A stretch of DNA of 64,000 nucleotides from the NCBI GenBank assembly GCA_964016885.1, contig OZ024741.1:393576001-393640000 (forward strand). Direction: 5' to 3'. A model generated the notes under the pieces. It saw only the letters and a list, made by a program, of their open reading frames with translations. It was not told where the DNA came from and searched no databases. This DNA comes from Eledone cirrhosa. Lineage: Eukaryota. A program made the position numbers and the translations under genes. Positions 10,730 through 23,448 of this stretch are shown piece after piece. Each line of letters opens with the position of its first letter. The stretch's first letter is position 1.

Positions 10730-12420
10730 TCATCATCATCATCATCATCGTTTTTATGTTCGCTTTTCCATGCTTGCATGGGTTGGATGGGTCTTTCTCA
10801 GCATGGCATCTCTCCACTTGTCACGTTCCTTCGTCATCTCCACTGTCATCTTAGCAATTTGAGGTTCGCTCTCATAAACCTCTTCTCAGGTTTTTTTGGT
10901 CATCTTCTACTGTGGCTTCCTTCCACTGGGATTTCCTGGCATTTCTTCCCACATCGGTCATTATCCATGTGCATCACTTGTTCATACCAATGCAGTCAGT
11001 CTTCTCTCCTGCACACCACATCGAAGTCCCCTTAAACTTAGCTTTTCTCTTAGTCATTCAAGCTCTGCCTTTCTCTCACAATTACATCCAAAGAAACATG
11101 GTTGCTTCGTTTCTCTCCAATCTATGCATGTCCTCTGCAATCACAGTCCATGTTTCACTACCATGCATTATCGCGCATTGCACACAGGTGTCATACAGCC
11201 TTTCTTTTGTATGTAGGGAGAAACCTTTTGTTGTCAGCAGTGGGAGTAGTTCTCTTAACTTCTTCCAACCTATCCTTATTCTAGCTATTATACTCTTGGC
11301 GCATTGCCCTCCGCTGCTAATTAGGAGACCTAGATAGCAGAAGCTATCAACCACATCTATGAATCTTTCATGTAACTGGAAAAGGTTTATATCATTAGCA
11401 CTATTCCTCTTGATTTCTCCTGTGCATCTTCTACAAGCAAAGTTCTCCCTTCCTGTTAGTCTACTCGTTATCTCTTTACATCTTTTGTGAACCCAAGATT
11501 TACATTGTGTATATTGTATGGAGTTTATGCCTACTCCTTTTCTGCATATTGAACATGGCCACTTCCCTGGGGTATCTGGGTCCTATCTTCTCTCCTACTC
11601 ACTAGCACTTTAGTTTTGGCTAAGTCTACTCTCAAACTAAGTTTACTCCAAATTCAATTTCCATAATTGGAATTTATTCTCTAGTTCTTTTTTGGTTTCA
11701 GTTATGAGGACCAAATCATCTGCATAGAGAATTTCCCTGTGTAGCCCGTTTTAAACTCCTCTGTTATGGCTTGAAGAACTATGATGAACAACAGTGGGCT
11801 AAGAACTGAACCTTGATGAACTCATACCTGTACCTTGAATTCCTTGCTAAACACTTTACTGACAGTTCCTCTGTACATAGCTTGCACTACTCTCACAAGC
11901 CATTCTTCTTCATCTAATTTCCTTAAGGACCACCAGATAATAGATCAAGGTACTCTGTCAAAGGCCTTCTCTAGATCAACAAAAGTTAAATATAGTGGTT
12001 TATTTTTGGCTATGAACTTCTCTTGTAGTTGCCTCACTAAGAAGAGGTCATGTGTAGTACTATTTTGACTCTTTCCCTAATTAGCTGCGCTATAACTCTT
12101 TCTGTCACTTTCATAACTTGGTCCATTAGTTTTATTCCTCTATAGTTGCTCCTCTCTAGGGCATCACCTTTGCCCTTGTAGCAATTTACAATTGTACTGC
12201 TGCGCCACTCATTAGGTATGACACTGCCATGTATTTCTTGATTTACTAGCTTGACTCCTACCTCTCCCAATGCTTTTAGCATCTCAGCAACTATTTCTGA
12301 TGTCTTGCAGCTTTACCATTTTTCATCTCCTTGATTGTGTCTTTGTCCCTAAAACTATAAACTTCAATAGCTGGTCCTTCCTTTGGGTAAGTTGTGGGTA
12401 GTTTCTCTTCCTCCTATTCA
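10730..12420 (-). mobile_element. Decayed RTE LINE (RT to 3' tail)
   Basis: NYRGIKLMDQVMKV, DSFCYLG, AIMHGSETW; (GAT)n tail at 10730-10750. Confidence 0.88.
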
Positions 12421-12599
12421 TTCTCTACTTTGATCAATTTATATATAACTTCTAAAATAGATGAAAGCTAGAATGCTTACATCACAGTGCAGTTTATTCC
12501 TTACTCTCTCTATAATGTATCACATGAGGTGGAAGTTGTGTATGGATCTGGTCGGGATTGTGCACATCTGCACTCCCCCTACCAGGACCTCGACAATAA

Positions 12600-15200
12600 G
12601 CACCAACCTCATTGCTAGCACCTTGGCCTAAATCTTAAACTCAGTATTTAGTAGAGTTATGGGCCTTCAGTTATCTAAAATGTCCCTCCTGTTCTCGTCT
12701 TTCCTTTTCAGCGTTACTCTGCCCCAACTCACAGAACTGAGAATTCTCCCATTCTGCTGCCAGTTGCAGTAGATAGCTTTGAAGACATTGGAGAACAAGT
12801 CTTGTATATCTATGTAAAGCTCAAAGGGTAAACTATCCTAACTTGGCAATATGCATCTCGTATGGTTGGCTAAGGCTTCCTGAATTTTGGCTGCTGTTAT
12901 TGGCTTTTGCAGTACTCTGCATCAGTTGCTGACAGTCTTGATAGGCTGTCAAGGTATGAAAAGCCTATCTATATACGATCTAGATGACCCTATGCGGTTG
13001 GCCCAGGCTCATACTGGAACTTTCAGGAAATCTTGTCAGTATTTGTCAAACAGTTGCAACTGCCTGATGAGGTTTTTCAGGCTTTTTCACCAAAGCTTGT
13101 ATCTGCTACTCCTACTGAAACCAACCCAGCATGCATTGAAGATGCTGTTCCAGTTCCCTGATAACAGTAAAGAACAAGATTTTCATAGAAAGGCTTCTAG
13201 ATGCCTGAAGAAACCCGACTGTCCAGCCGCAGTCGAGGTGTAGATGGCAACCAGTCTTAAAGGCACCACTTTCACTATTGTTCATGTTTGGGACCACGAG
13301 CTTACCATCTAAGTCCAGGTCCAGGAAGATTGTCTGTACCTTGAGATTCAGACCTTTCTAAAACAGCACCGCTACTCTGTCCCTCATTCCAGGCTGACTA
13401 AGAGATACAAAGATCTCATAGTTGTCATAATGGCATGCATTTTGGAAATTCTGGTCTCACTGATGGCAGTCACATTCATATCTAGTGACCAGAGGTCATT
13501 CAGCGAGGGACCTTATTTCCAGGATGCTGTTGAAGATAGGTGGTTTGACCACCATATTTTGTGGGGTTTCCTATGGGAACTCCTCTAAAAGCCTACCTGT
13601 AGCTCTTACATTAGGGATTCTCACGTCATACAGGGTTTTATAAGTTTCAAGTGGCACTCCCACTGTCATTAGTATCTCTGCCACTTTGAAGATGCTGGTC
13701 TCAAACAGCTCCCCTTCTCTATCAATATTTTTGCTTCATGCTACGATGGCCATCATTTCTTGGCTGGCCATTTTTACTGCCATGTAGTTTGGTGTATATG
13801 TGGTTAGTTGTTGGGTAGTGTATGTTTGCATTTGATTGGTTTTGCTGCTAATGGTAACAGTGAGAGTGTTGGTTTTGGTGGTGCTTGAGTTGTTACGGAT
13901 GTGTCTGTATTTGTTGTGTGTGTGTGGTCTCTGCATTTTTTCTTTGTGAGTGTGGAATTACTTTGAGATGAGGAGGTGGCTGTGTCTGTGGAATCTATTT
14001 CAGATGTTAGTGGGTGTGTATTTGTGTGCTTTTGTGTTTAGAAGAGACGGAGAGAGAAGGAGAAGGAGAGCTTTTGGGACAGAAACCCTGGAATCTGTTG
14101 TTGTTGTTGGTTTTGTTGTTGCTGGTGATGTTGTAGGTGCTGCAGTTGCTATTTTTGTTGTTGCTGTTGAGGTCCCAGTGTTGGCAGCAAGGGGACCCTG
14201 TGATTCCCCATCTTCTGTTCAGAGAAAAAGGCTCTTAGGTGTTTGATTTTCCCGCAAAAATGACAGCGGCGGACGTTTTTCCCCTCAACGATAACACTTA
14301 TCTTCATGCCACCTGGAAAGCGAACAAGATCTGAGATCTTTCCAATTTTCTTTAGTTCGATCTGGAGAAGTATCTCCAGACTGATCCCAGACCTATTCTC
14401 CCTCCAGATCCTCTTTACCTCATGGAGTGTTTCATTTCTCTCTAACATTATGCATGCTAGGATTCACCAGGTGTCTATTTCTGGTGGGATCCCAACAATA
14501 TAGATATTGATCTTCCTTCTTCCTATGTGAGAGGGAAACACAATAAATTGGTTTGTTTTGCAAGGGAACCACAGAGTACGTTTTTGAAAGAGTCTTGCTA
14601 CAGAAAATCCCTAAGATGCTCTCAAATTGCTTGGCTCTTGCCATATGTTGGATGTCTGGCATTAAGCTTTTCAGAGATGCTTCCACCTGGAATGGTGGGG
14701 GCCAATTCTAGCTTTTGGGACTTAATGCCAAAACATCTATATGTGAGAATTTTTTCTGTTGCTGCCAAGACCTCCAGCAGAATATTTATGTTGGCCCAAG
14801 TTTTATCAACTTTTACTAGTTTGGTTGCCTGAGTCAAACATTCCTCTCCCCTAGTGATGTCCATGTGGAATAGTTCCATAGTCTTTGCAGCTGCTGCTGC
14901 AAGCATGCGTTTGTTGTTGATTGTATTGCTGTTGTTGTTGTTGCTGCTGTTGTTGTTGCTGTCATTAATGTTTCGGGTGTTGCTGTAGTGGTTGCTGTCG
15001 TTGATGGTTCTGATGTGTTTGTTATATTTGCTGATGATGTTGTTGGTGACTGTGGCCTTGTTGTCTGTAGAGGTGGTGGGAGTCACTGTCATGGTACAGC
15101 TGGCTGAAAGCGGAGGGGCAAGTTTCCTCCATTTATTAACGCTTGTAAGCATGAAAAATGAAAATAAATTTTTAATATTTGCGCCAACAGTCCAAATACA
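12600..15200 (-). mobile_element. Decayed L1/Tx1-like LINE 5' half (ORF1 zinc knuckle + APE endonuclease remnant)
   Basis: RRCHFCGKIKH knuckle at about 14250-14280. AISETRI and GNWNSI APE-like remnants at about 13100-13560. Low-complexity N/T-rich ORF1 linkers. Confidence 0.6.
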
Positions 15201-15208
15201 ATGGGGTC

Positions 15209-15267
15209 TCCTTTTCAGAGGGTAATGTCCTTTTCAGAGGGTAATGTCCTTTTCAGAGGGTAATGTC
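15209..15267. repeat. Perfect 19-bp tandem repeat x3
   Basis: (TCCTTTTCAGAGGGTAATG)3. Confidence 0.95.
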
Positions 15268-15479
15268 GATGTCCTATTGACAGTTTGTGACAAAAATATA
15301 ACAATGAATATTATGTAAACATATGAAAATTAACAAAACTTATGGAGCAAAATGTACACACGCCTTGACAGACTGAACAACAATAATAATAATTGTTTCT
15401 ACTTTAGGCACAAGGCCAGCAATTACCCAGTGCATTAATGAAAACAAAAATAGAAATACTAATAACAAGTAATAACAAA

Positions 15480-17185
15480 AATAATGGTAATACTAATAAT
15501 TATGGTAATAATAATAGTAATTATAATAACAAAATAATAAGTTAATGATAATAAATAAGGTAAATATTTTCAGAGTAAGGACTAAAGGTATGGAAATCGT
15601 TGTCATACATAAGTATGGGCTTACAAGTGTGGATGTATGTGTTACCAAAAGATATAGACTATTTACTACATCATGACATATAACATCTGCATATTGTTCA
15701 TACTATCTGTTAGGATACAATATTGGGCTGTAAATATAAGAATGTATAATTTATGTTTAGATTGTTTTGTTTAAAATACATTCGTTGACATAAAAGATTT
15801 CCAAAGCTTCAGCAACACAAAGATCACAAGGTCTTTTATTGTGTTTATAGGATCTGGTTTTAGCTAGAAACTCCCAGCATAACCTATATCTCATATTTTT
15901 GTCTTTTAAACTCCAGATAAAGGTCAAAGGTAAAGGTAAAATCATATTCTTTTAAAGGATATCAAAATTAATTTGAATGCATAGATAAATGCTGTTAACT
16001 CTATGTAAGCCTTATTAGTTGTGGATGTATCAACCTTACATTTATAAACTATATTACTTGTTAAAGTCATTATTAATACAATTACAGCTAAAAACTAAGT
16101 TTAGGGCTAGGTAACTTAGCCAAGCTAGATGCAGTGATGGTGTGTGTGAGGTTGTGAGTTGTGAAATAAAATATTTTAACTGTGTTTCTGTTAAAAATCT
16201 TATGATATTTATGTACTAAAGGGAAATGCTTCATAATTAATGTAAGGAAAGCTTTAGCTATATGTGTGGCCACTTTCATATTATATGAGGGGTTATACTA
16301 TACAATGCGTCTAGATCTATATTTCTTAATTTTGCATTTGTACATAGTGTATTCTACCTTATTTAGAAATCTGTTCCGAGCCAAGCTTCATTGTAATATG
16401 TGAAATGATTGGTGAAGAGATGTTCATTAGCTGATAAATGAGAAAGCCTTTTTGACCAGATTTTTAGTTATATTGGCTGGATGGTTAGAATGCTTACTAA
16501 TGTAATTTAAAGTGTCATTGGGCTTTCTACACAGGTAGTACAGTCTGTTCGATATACTGAGTGCCACATCGAGGAAATTCACCACAGATAGATAAGTGAC
16601 CACTTAAAAAAAACGATAAGCTCCTTTCTAAACCTATCAATATCTCGAGGTCCGCACATACTTATAGTTGAAAGACCATCATCATGATACAGACCCCCTC
16701 CACTCGACATTGGGGAATTCATCCTTAATAGAGAAAAGTAAAAATAGATGAATTGCTGGCATCCATGCTCTTGTCGAAAGGAGTACTATTTGATTTCTTT
16801 AACAAAATAGAGATTTCAAAGTTTATCACAGACTTACGAGCATCTATAATGACATCAACTTCGAAATCCTTAATCTCTGTAACCATTTTGGTGAAATTAA
16901 TAGTTCTAAAAAGGAGTGGTAAGGTGATGGAAGAATAGTGGTTGTTGATGTAGAATTGGATAAAGTGACAGTGTTCCTTGTTATGTATGTACCTAAATCA
17001 ATCAATCACCATGAAAGAATTATTCCACAAGGCTAAAGGGGCAATATTTCTAATTTGGGGTATGATTATATCTAAAATTCTTTCACTAAGCCTACCTAAA
17101 TCAGACCTGGTGGGGTTAATGGGCCGAATAGATGAATTGTTATCAAAATTCAATTTATGATCCTTCAGAGTAAAATGAGGAGTAA
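15480..17185 (-). mobile_element. Decayed Penelope-like element (RT + C-terminal GIY-YIG)
   Basis: LKDHKLNF...IRPINPTRSDLGRLSERILD, GLYHDDGL, NFLDV, HSNHP, HFP..HKYHKIFNRNTVK, IWSLKD...CDLCVAE. Confidence 0.88.
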
Positions 17186-18834
17186 CACACACATATATAT
17201 ACATATTATCATCATCCTTTTATGTTTACTTTCTATGCTGGCAGTAGTTGGACGAGTTGTCGTGGTCAGGTTGGATGTTTTTTCATGGTCAAAAGAATAA
17301 GCAAGTCAAGGATAACGTCTTGCTAGCATAGAAGAGAATCGTTCAAGGTTCTGTGCAGTAGGGGTGATCCCAGAATCATATAATTTTGAAGCAACCTTTT
17401 AAACTACACAACTATGCCTGCAGCCCTTCATAGCATCAATTGGTGAAACGGATGTCATAGATATAAGTACCCAATTTTAATTGCAATATCATCTGGTAAA
17501 ATATTTCACCTCTGGTTCAATGTTACTTTCTAACTTTCATATCCAACTTATCAACTTGCAAGTAAATGATTTATATGTATGCAGGAAATATTACTGTTCA
17601 GTTGAGCAAAGGATATTATAAACATATTCATATAGTTATAAGTATTTAAAAAAACGTGAAAAAATGATGGAATCTACTAAAATTTCATGAATGTAGTGAT
17701 GCAGGTAAACAAAGTATTAATTTTTATGAATGTTTCAGACATATGGATGACAAAACATCAATACATTTCAGTAAGACATTTTCTTAGAGGAAGTGATTTA
17801 TTTCTGCAGGTGTCTGAGACAGTAATATCTCCGAATGGTTATTTTACTACATCTGATTTAGTATTTCAGAAATGTAATTCTGTCTCTTTACAATTAATAG
17901 AATAATACAAAATCTAAGCTTATAACTTTATTCTTAAAAGTGTTAGTTACTAATAAATATACATAATTATTTATCAGTATATAAACTCCTAAAATTGTTG
18001 ACCTTGTGCCTAAATCAGAAATCATTACTTATCAGTGTATAAGTCACATCTATTCTTTTGAAACTTAACTTTAAATATGAAGAAATGTTCAGAAGGAAAG
18101 GGACTGTACCAAACAGAAACACCAGAACAATAGCAGTAATTCAGCTGAGCCCAGGAGAAAGACTCTAAGCCATCACACAATCTTATAGATATGAACTGAT
18201 AAAAATAAAATAGTAACATTTATATAATAATAATGTACAGAACTTATAGAGTGGGGGCTCCAGCCAGTACATCTGTCTAGGGGCCAAAGATCCCAGAAAC
18301 AGCCAGTGAATATATGATCCACCCCAACACAAAAAAGGAGATGCACTAAGACTTCCGGAATTTTATGAAGAGCCCCAAAAGCAGTCTCATTTTGCCTTGG
18401 AAAATATCTCACAGGTTTGATGATATATACATAATGGCTGCATTTCAGCACCCTTTGACCTTTTCTCATACATGAATGGCATGAACATGACCTTTTAGCC
18501 CTTGCAAGGACTTAGATTCCTTGTTGTATATGCTGCAGTGAAAGAAAAAAGAAAAGGCCATGTTCACACAACACGTGAAAGTTGTTTAGATCAAGTGGTG
18601 TCTGTACTTGAAACTCTTTTAAGTGAAGAAAGGTCTTGCACTGGACTAATCCTACTCTCCGCTGAACAACGGTGACAGGTATCCAAAAAGAAGAATAGGT
18701 CAACATCATTAGCTGCCATCGAGTTGCAGGTTTTACATCAGTGTTTTATTTCTCCTAGAATGATATCCCAACAAGAACTAGGGATCTTTCACACCTGGTG
18801 GGCTACATCATCATCATCATCATCATCATCATCA

Positions 18835-19550
18835 CTTAGATGACAAGCAAACTAATAGGAAAGGAAGTATGTAGTAGATGTTTAAGGTCAATTGATAGTA
18901 AGAATGCCACTGATACAAGCCTTTTCCAATCTCAGGAAGGATCCATAGAGGTGGTTGATGACTTATACCTAGGTGATATAATTAACAGTGGAGGAGGGTC
19001 CTCCATGAGCATAGTAGCTAGAATAAGAACAAAAATGGAAGCTGTTTAGGGAACTACTATCCTTATTGACAACAAAAGGTTTCTCTCTATGAATTAAAGC
19101 TCAGCTGTATGATGCCTGTGTGCAAAGTGTGATGTTGCATGGTAGTGAGACATGGGCAGTGAAAGCAGAGGATATGCAAAGGCTGGAGAAAAATGCAGCA
19201 AGTATACTTCAATGGACGTACAATGTTAATGTGTGAAAATGACAAAGCATGGATGAACTGATGGAGAAACTGGGTACAAGAGAAATCATAAGTAGTGTGC
19301 ATGAGAAGAGACTGTGGTGGTATGGACATGTGATGTGCATGGATGATGGTTGCTGGGTGAAGAAGAGCCAAGAAATCCAGGTGGAGAGAATATCAAGGAA
19401 AACCTGGGTGGGGGTGCTGAGAGCTGATCTCAAATCGCTGAAGCTTATAGAGGAGATGATAATGAAGTGTAACATGTGGAAAGATGCTATGCTGGAAAAG
19501 ATCCATCCCCCTTTGCAAACGTGGAACAGTAGATGTAAAATGATGATAAT
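18835..19550 (+). mobile_element. Decayed RTE LINE 3' part
   Basis: GGGSSMSIVARIR, MLHGSETW, RLWWYGHVM; GAT-type tail. Confidence 0.8.
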
Positions 19551-19820
19551 GTTGATTATAATTAATTTGATCCTATTCCTGAATATTGTTACAGTTCTTA
19601 GATATTATTAGACTATTTATGTTTTTTCTTCTCATCTCAGAACTGTAGAAACATATCATATGTTGATCTTTGAACCACCTGTTTTATTGTCATATCCTAT
19701 AATTTCAAATGATACTTTTAAAAACGGCTTGTCAGTTTAACATTTAATAGTTTTAATTTAAGTTATTCATGTATGTATAAATTGTAGCATTTAGCAGGGA
19801 AATTTTTGAACAACAATTAC

Positions 19821-19924
19821 CTGTACAGTTACAAGTCCACATAAACCAATCACAAAAAGTATATTGAATACTGCTGATCCAACGATTGTCCCAACTCCGA
19901 CATCTCCTTTTGTAACAAACACAC
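19821..19924 (-). CDS. SLC24A: SLC24/NCKX exon (104 nt)
   Basis: Acceptor ttttag, donor gtaat. Translates (G)VFVTKGDVGVGTIVGSAVFNILFVIGLCGLVTVQ. Phase 1 start matches the previous exon. Confidence 0.97.
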
Positions 19925-22900
19925 CTAAAAGAAGTAAAAATTAATAAATGTAATATTATAGAATGAAAGTGTGCTTTAAATGACAGTAATCCAAGAATTT
20001 AAGCTACATTCTAGTGATTTTACTATTCTTTAAGTAAAATAGTATATTGCTATTCTCCAAATAATTGATAAATATTTAGAAACATTAAAAAATCACCCAA
20101 AATTATCGTATATACTCAAACATAAGTTAACCCACTATTTTATGTGAGAAATGGACAAAATTCCAAACCCCATTTATAAGCTGAGGCAGCTAATGAACAC
20201 TTAATATTTGGATAAGGCAGTTTCGAAATTCTCATGAGTGGAGAATATATTTGTGAAGTTTTAATATTTTGATGTTGAGAATGTTTTAAATGTCATTTAA
20301 AGTATAGATTTTGTTTCAGAACTCCATTATGTAATGATTTAAAAAAATAAATTTCCAAGTTTTCTTGGAATACATAAAAAACAATAGGAAAAACGAATTT
20401 CACATTGAAAGCGAAAATATTCTAGTACCACATTTATGTAGAATATGAAGCTGGGTAAATTTTTACCTCAAATTTTAATAACCCCCCCCCCTTCCAATTT
20501 TACCATCGATTCTTTTTTTGTCATATATTTCTCAGCTTATGGTAATTTTAAAATGTGTTTGCATTTCTCATCTAATGGATTTGTATCAAATTCTATTCAC
20601 AATTCAGTATATCCCAAAAGTGACATGTCCCAGAATAGAATAATTAATTAGTATTAACAGTGGATTGTCAGAACCATTAGAACGTCGAGCAAATGCTTAG
20701 CAGTATATGTTTTAGCACTTTACATTCTGAGTTCAAATCTCGTCAAGGTCAACTTTGCATTACATCCTTCCGTGGGTGACAAAATAAAGTACCAATCAAG
20801 TACTGGAGTGATTTAATTGTCTTTCTTTTTACTCCAAATTTGCTGGCCTTGTGCCTAAATTTGAAATCAGTATTAACACATACATATAATATAAGGAAAC
20901 ATTGACATAGTTATGTTATGTTCGAATGTCTCTTGTAACACATTATAAAGTGAAAGCATAAAGTTAGAATGATATATTTTTTTTGCTATTTAGTCAGGAA
21001 ACAAAGAGCAATGTCCATGACCACTTTCAAAGCCTCCATAACTGATGAGAGAGAAGGAAGATGGCATCCTTAAACTAGAAATTTGACCTGAATAGCTGCA
21101 AAAGTGTAGACTTCAATAAAGGCACTCAAAAGTTATATGGGGATGTTAAATAAAGCACTATATTAATTCTACCACCCCAAAAAATGAAAATAGATTTCAT
21201 CTTACTGAAGCTGATGGTCATTTAATGTAAAAACCTGAACAATTTCAAAGAAGACTTTATTAGATGAGACTAAGAATGAATATGTACTGCAGTGAATCCA
21301 ATTTCCTCTTTTCATTTAAAACTATTATACAACCAAACAGTATCATACAACCAAAGTAAAAAACATTACTTTCTATTTCTACTTCACTCAAATGAAAGAC
21401 TGAAATATTAGATTCTTCACTCCTTAGAGAAACTTATTAAACTGTTCTATGAACTTTCCATAGCATTATTTACTTTGTCAAGATTTTGGTGATCACATAG
21501 AGCAGATATTTTTCTCATTGAAGGCCGAAAATATTTGTCTGCATCTGTTAGTTATAACATCAAGTAATTTTATAAAAAGTTTCTTTAGTGTAGCTCCTGC
21601 ATAAATGTTCACTAGTTAACAAGGAAGCTGAGTTTGTTATAAATCTCTTCTGACTGTGGCTATTACTGGAGTGAAGTAAGGAACTACCTAAAATCCTGAT
21701 AGATTAAGCAACACAGAGCCAACAAAAGATCCTTTATATGGTTGTTCAGCCTGAAATACTCTCAAATTATACGTCTCTTTAAAAATGGAAGCACAGGTGG
21801 CCTATTGCAAGATAACAGTTAAGCAGAGTTTTAAATTGAATGAATGAGAAAAATATGTCTTTTATAGTCCTATAATTTTAAAATATAATTCCTATAAATT
21901 CTTTAAATCATTTCCCTCTACTTCCCTTTTTGTAATAAAGTAAGGAGTGCGGGACTGCGTCCAGAATATATATTTTTTATCCCGGTTGTAAAATAAGTTG
22001 GATTACTTTGAATAAATAATGAATGAATATTACATAATTTATCTACTAAATTTCGTTATTCTTGATTAAATATATTTTATTACTTATTTAAAGATTCACT
22101 TCTTTAAAATTTTCAAATGTCAACACTTCCGGTTAGCGATCACTTTAATAAACATTCATATATTTCCGTTACTAATTTTTTTCCTAATGTAGTTTATATA
22201 TAATATTGTCTTTTTTTAATGTATCATGGATTACTTTACTGATTACATAAGACAATGTAACACAGACTTTGTTCAATTTCTGTGTATATTGTCAATTCTA
22301 CAGTGGTAGGCCCCTCATCTGGGATGTCACATATTGTGACACCTTCCCCAGCAGCAACCTGGTGTGCTCGGCTATCAGCTCAGGTGTCCCTATTCATCAG
22401 GCCGAAGTGAGCAAACTGACAGATTTGTAGTTGAGCTTGTGGCAGTGGAGACTTCTGGCGTTCTTAGCACTCCACTCCACAACCCTGCTTACTGCTATCA
22501 GGGCAGAGTTGCCTACCCACGAGTGTGAGCCCCTTGAGTGGAGTGGCTGTTCCAGCATGTCTCCCTCACCATCCTCTGGGGCAGTGTCTTTTCCATTCTG
22601 TCTGCCAGAACTCACAAGTAAAAAGTATCAAAGAGATGATTGGAACTTTAATATACATTTTATTTTCCTCTGTTCCATTCTTTATATGAACAAGTTCAAT
22701 AATTTGCATTAGACTGTTTGTTTGTTCATTCTTTTATCCTTTCATTCTTGTGTACTTCTATATATATATATTTACTTCTATAAGTATATGTATTTCATTT
22801 AAATTCTAAGTCAATCATTTGTTTCCAGTTTTTGAATATTGAGATGTTGCCCTAAAATATAAGTATCATGCTGGTTGTTAAAAAGCAATTGTTAATATGA

Positions 22901-22981
22901 TTTGATTGTTTCAAATAAGTGATATCTAACATTGAAAATTACAATAAGTTGAGGTTACAAAAGAAAAGAAAATTATCTCAC

Positions 22982-23066
22982 CGATTATAGACGTAAATAG
23001 TTCTGGTGCAGAACTTCCAGCAGCCATAAATGTGGCACCAGCAACATCTTCTCCAAAGCCAAGAGT
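22982..23066 (-). CDS. SLC24A: SLC24/NCKX exon (85 nt), alpha-1 repeat
   Basis: Acceptor ttttcag, donor gtgag. Translates [28 protein letters not shown](G), the canonical NCKX alpha-1 signature. Not in the ORF track. Confidence 0.97.
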
Positions 23067-23448
23067 CTGAAAAAATATTACAATAATTTACAATATTGGA
23101 GTCAACAAAACAAAATAAAATTTATATTCTAACAAACATATAATCTTCCATTGCTCAGTGAATATGTAAATGGCAGTAATAGTACTAATTTGAAAATAAA
23201 TGTTTTGATCTTAAATCAGTTCAGATTCTTGCTGTAAACAAATCTTCCCAGCACCACAATGAAATTGTGAGACATGTTAAACTGGAAATTGTGAGACTTG
23301 CTCATAATCTCCCAGTTTCTTTGTCCATTCTCTTTAGATATATGAAATTCATGTTATTTTCCTTACATTGTATTTTCTATGTGTGTGATAACATACATGC
23401 ATACATACATGCATACATACATATACATGCATACATACATACATACAT

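Noticed and set aside
15209-15267. CRISPR-like array interpretation of short repeats (also 836-936, 61583-61813)
   Set aside because: No unique spacers, no cas genes, eukaryotic context.
20104-20140. Pogo/Tigger-like TIR remnant (tatcgtatatactcaaacataagttaaccc)
   Set aside because: No partner TIR or transposase found; too degenerate.
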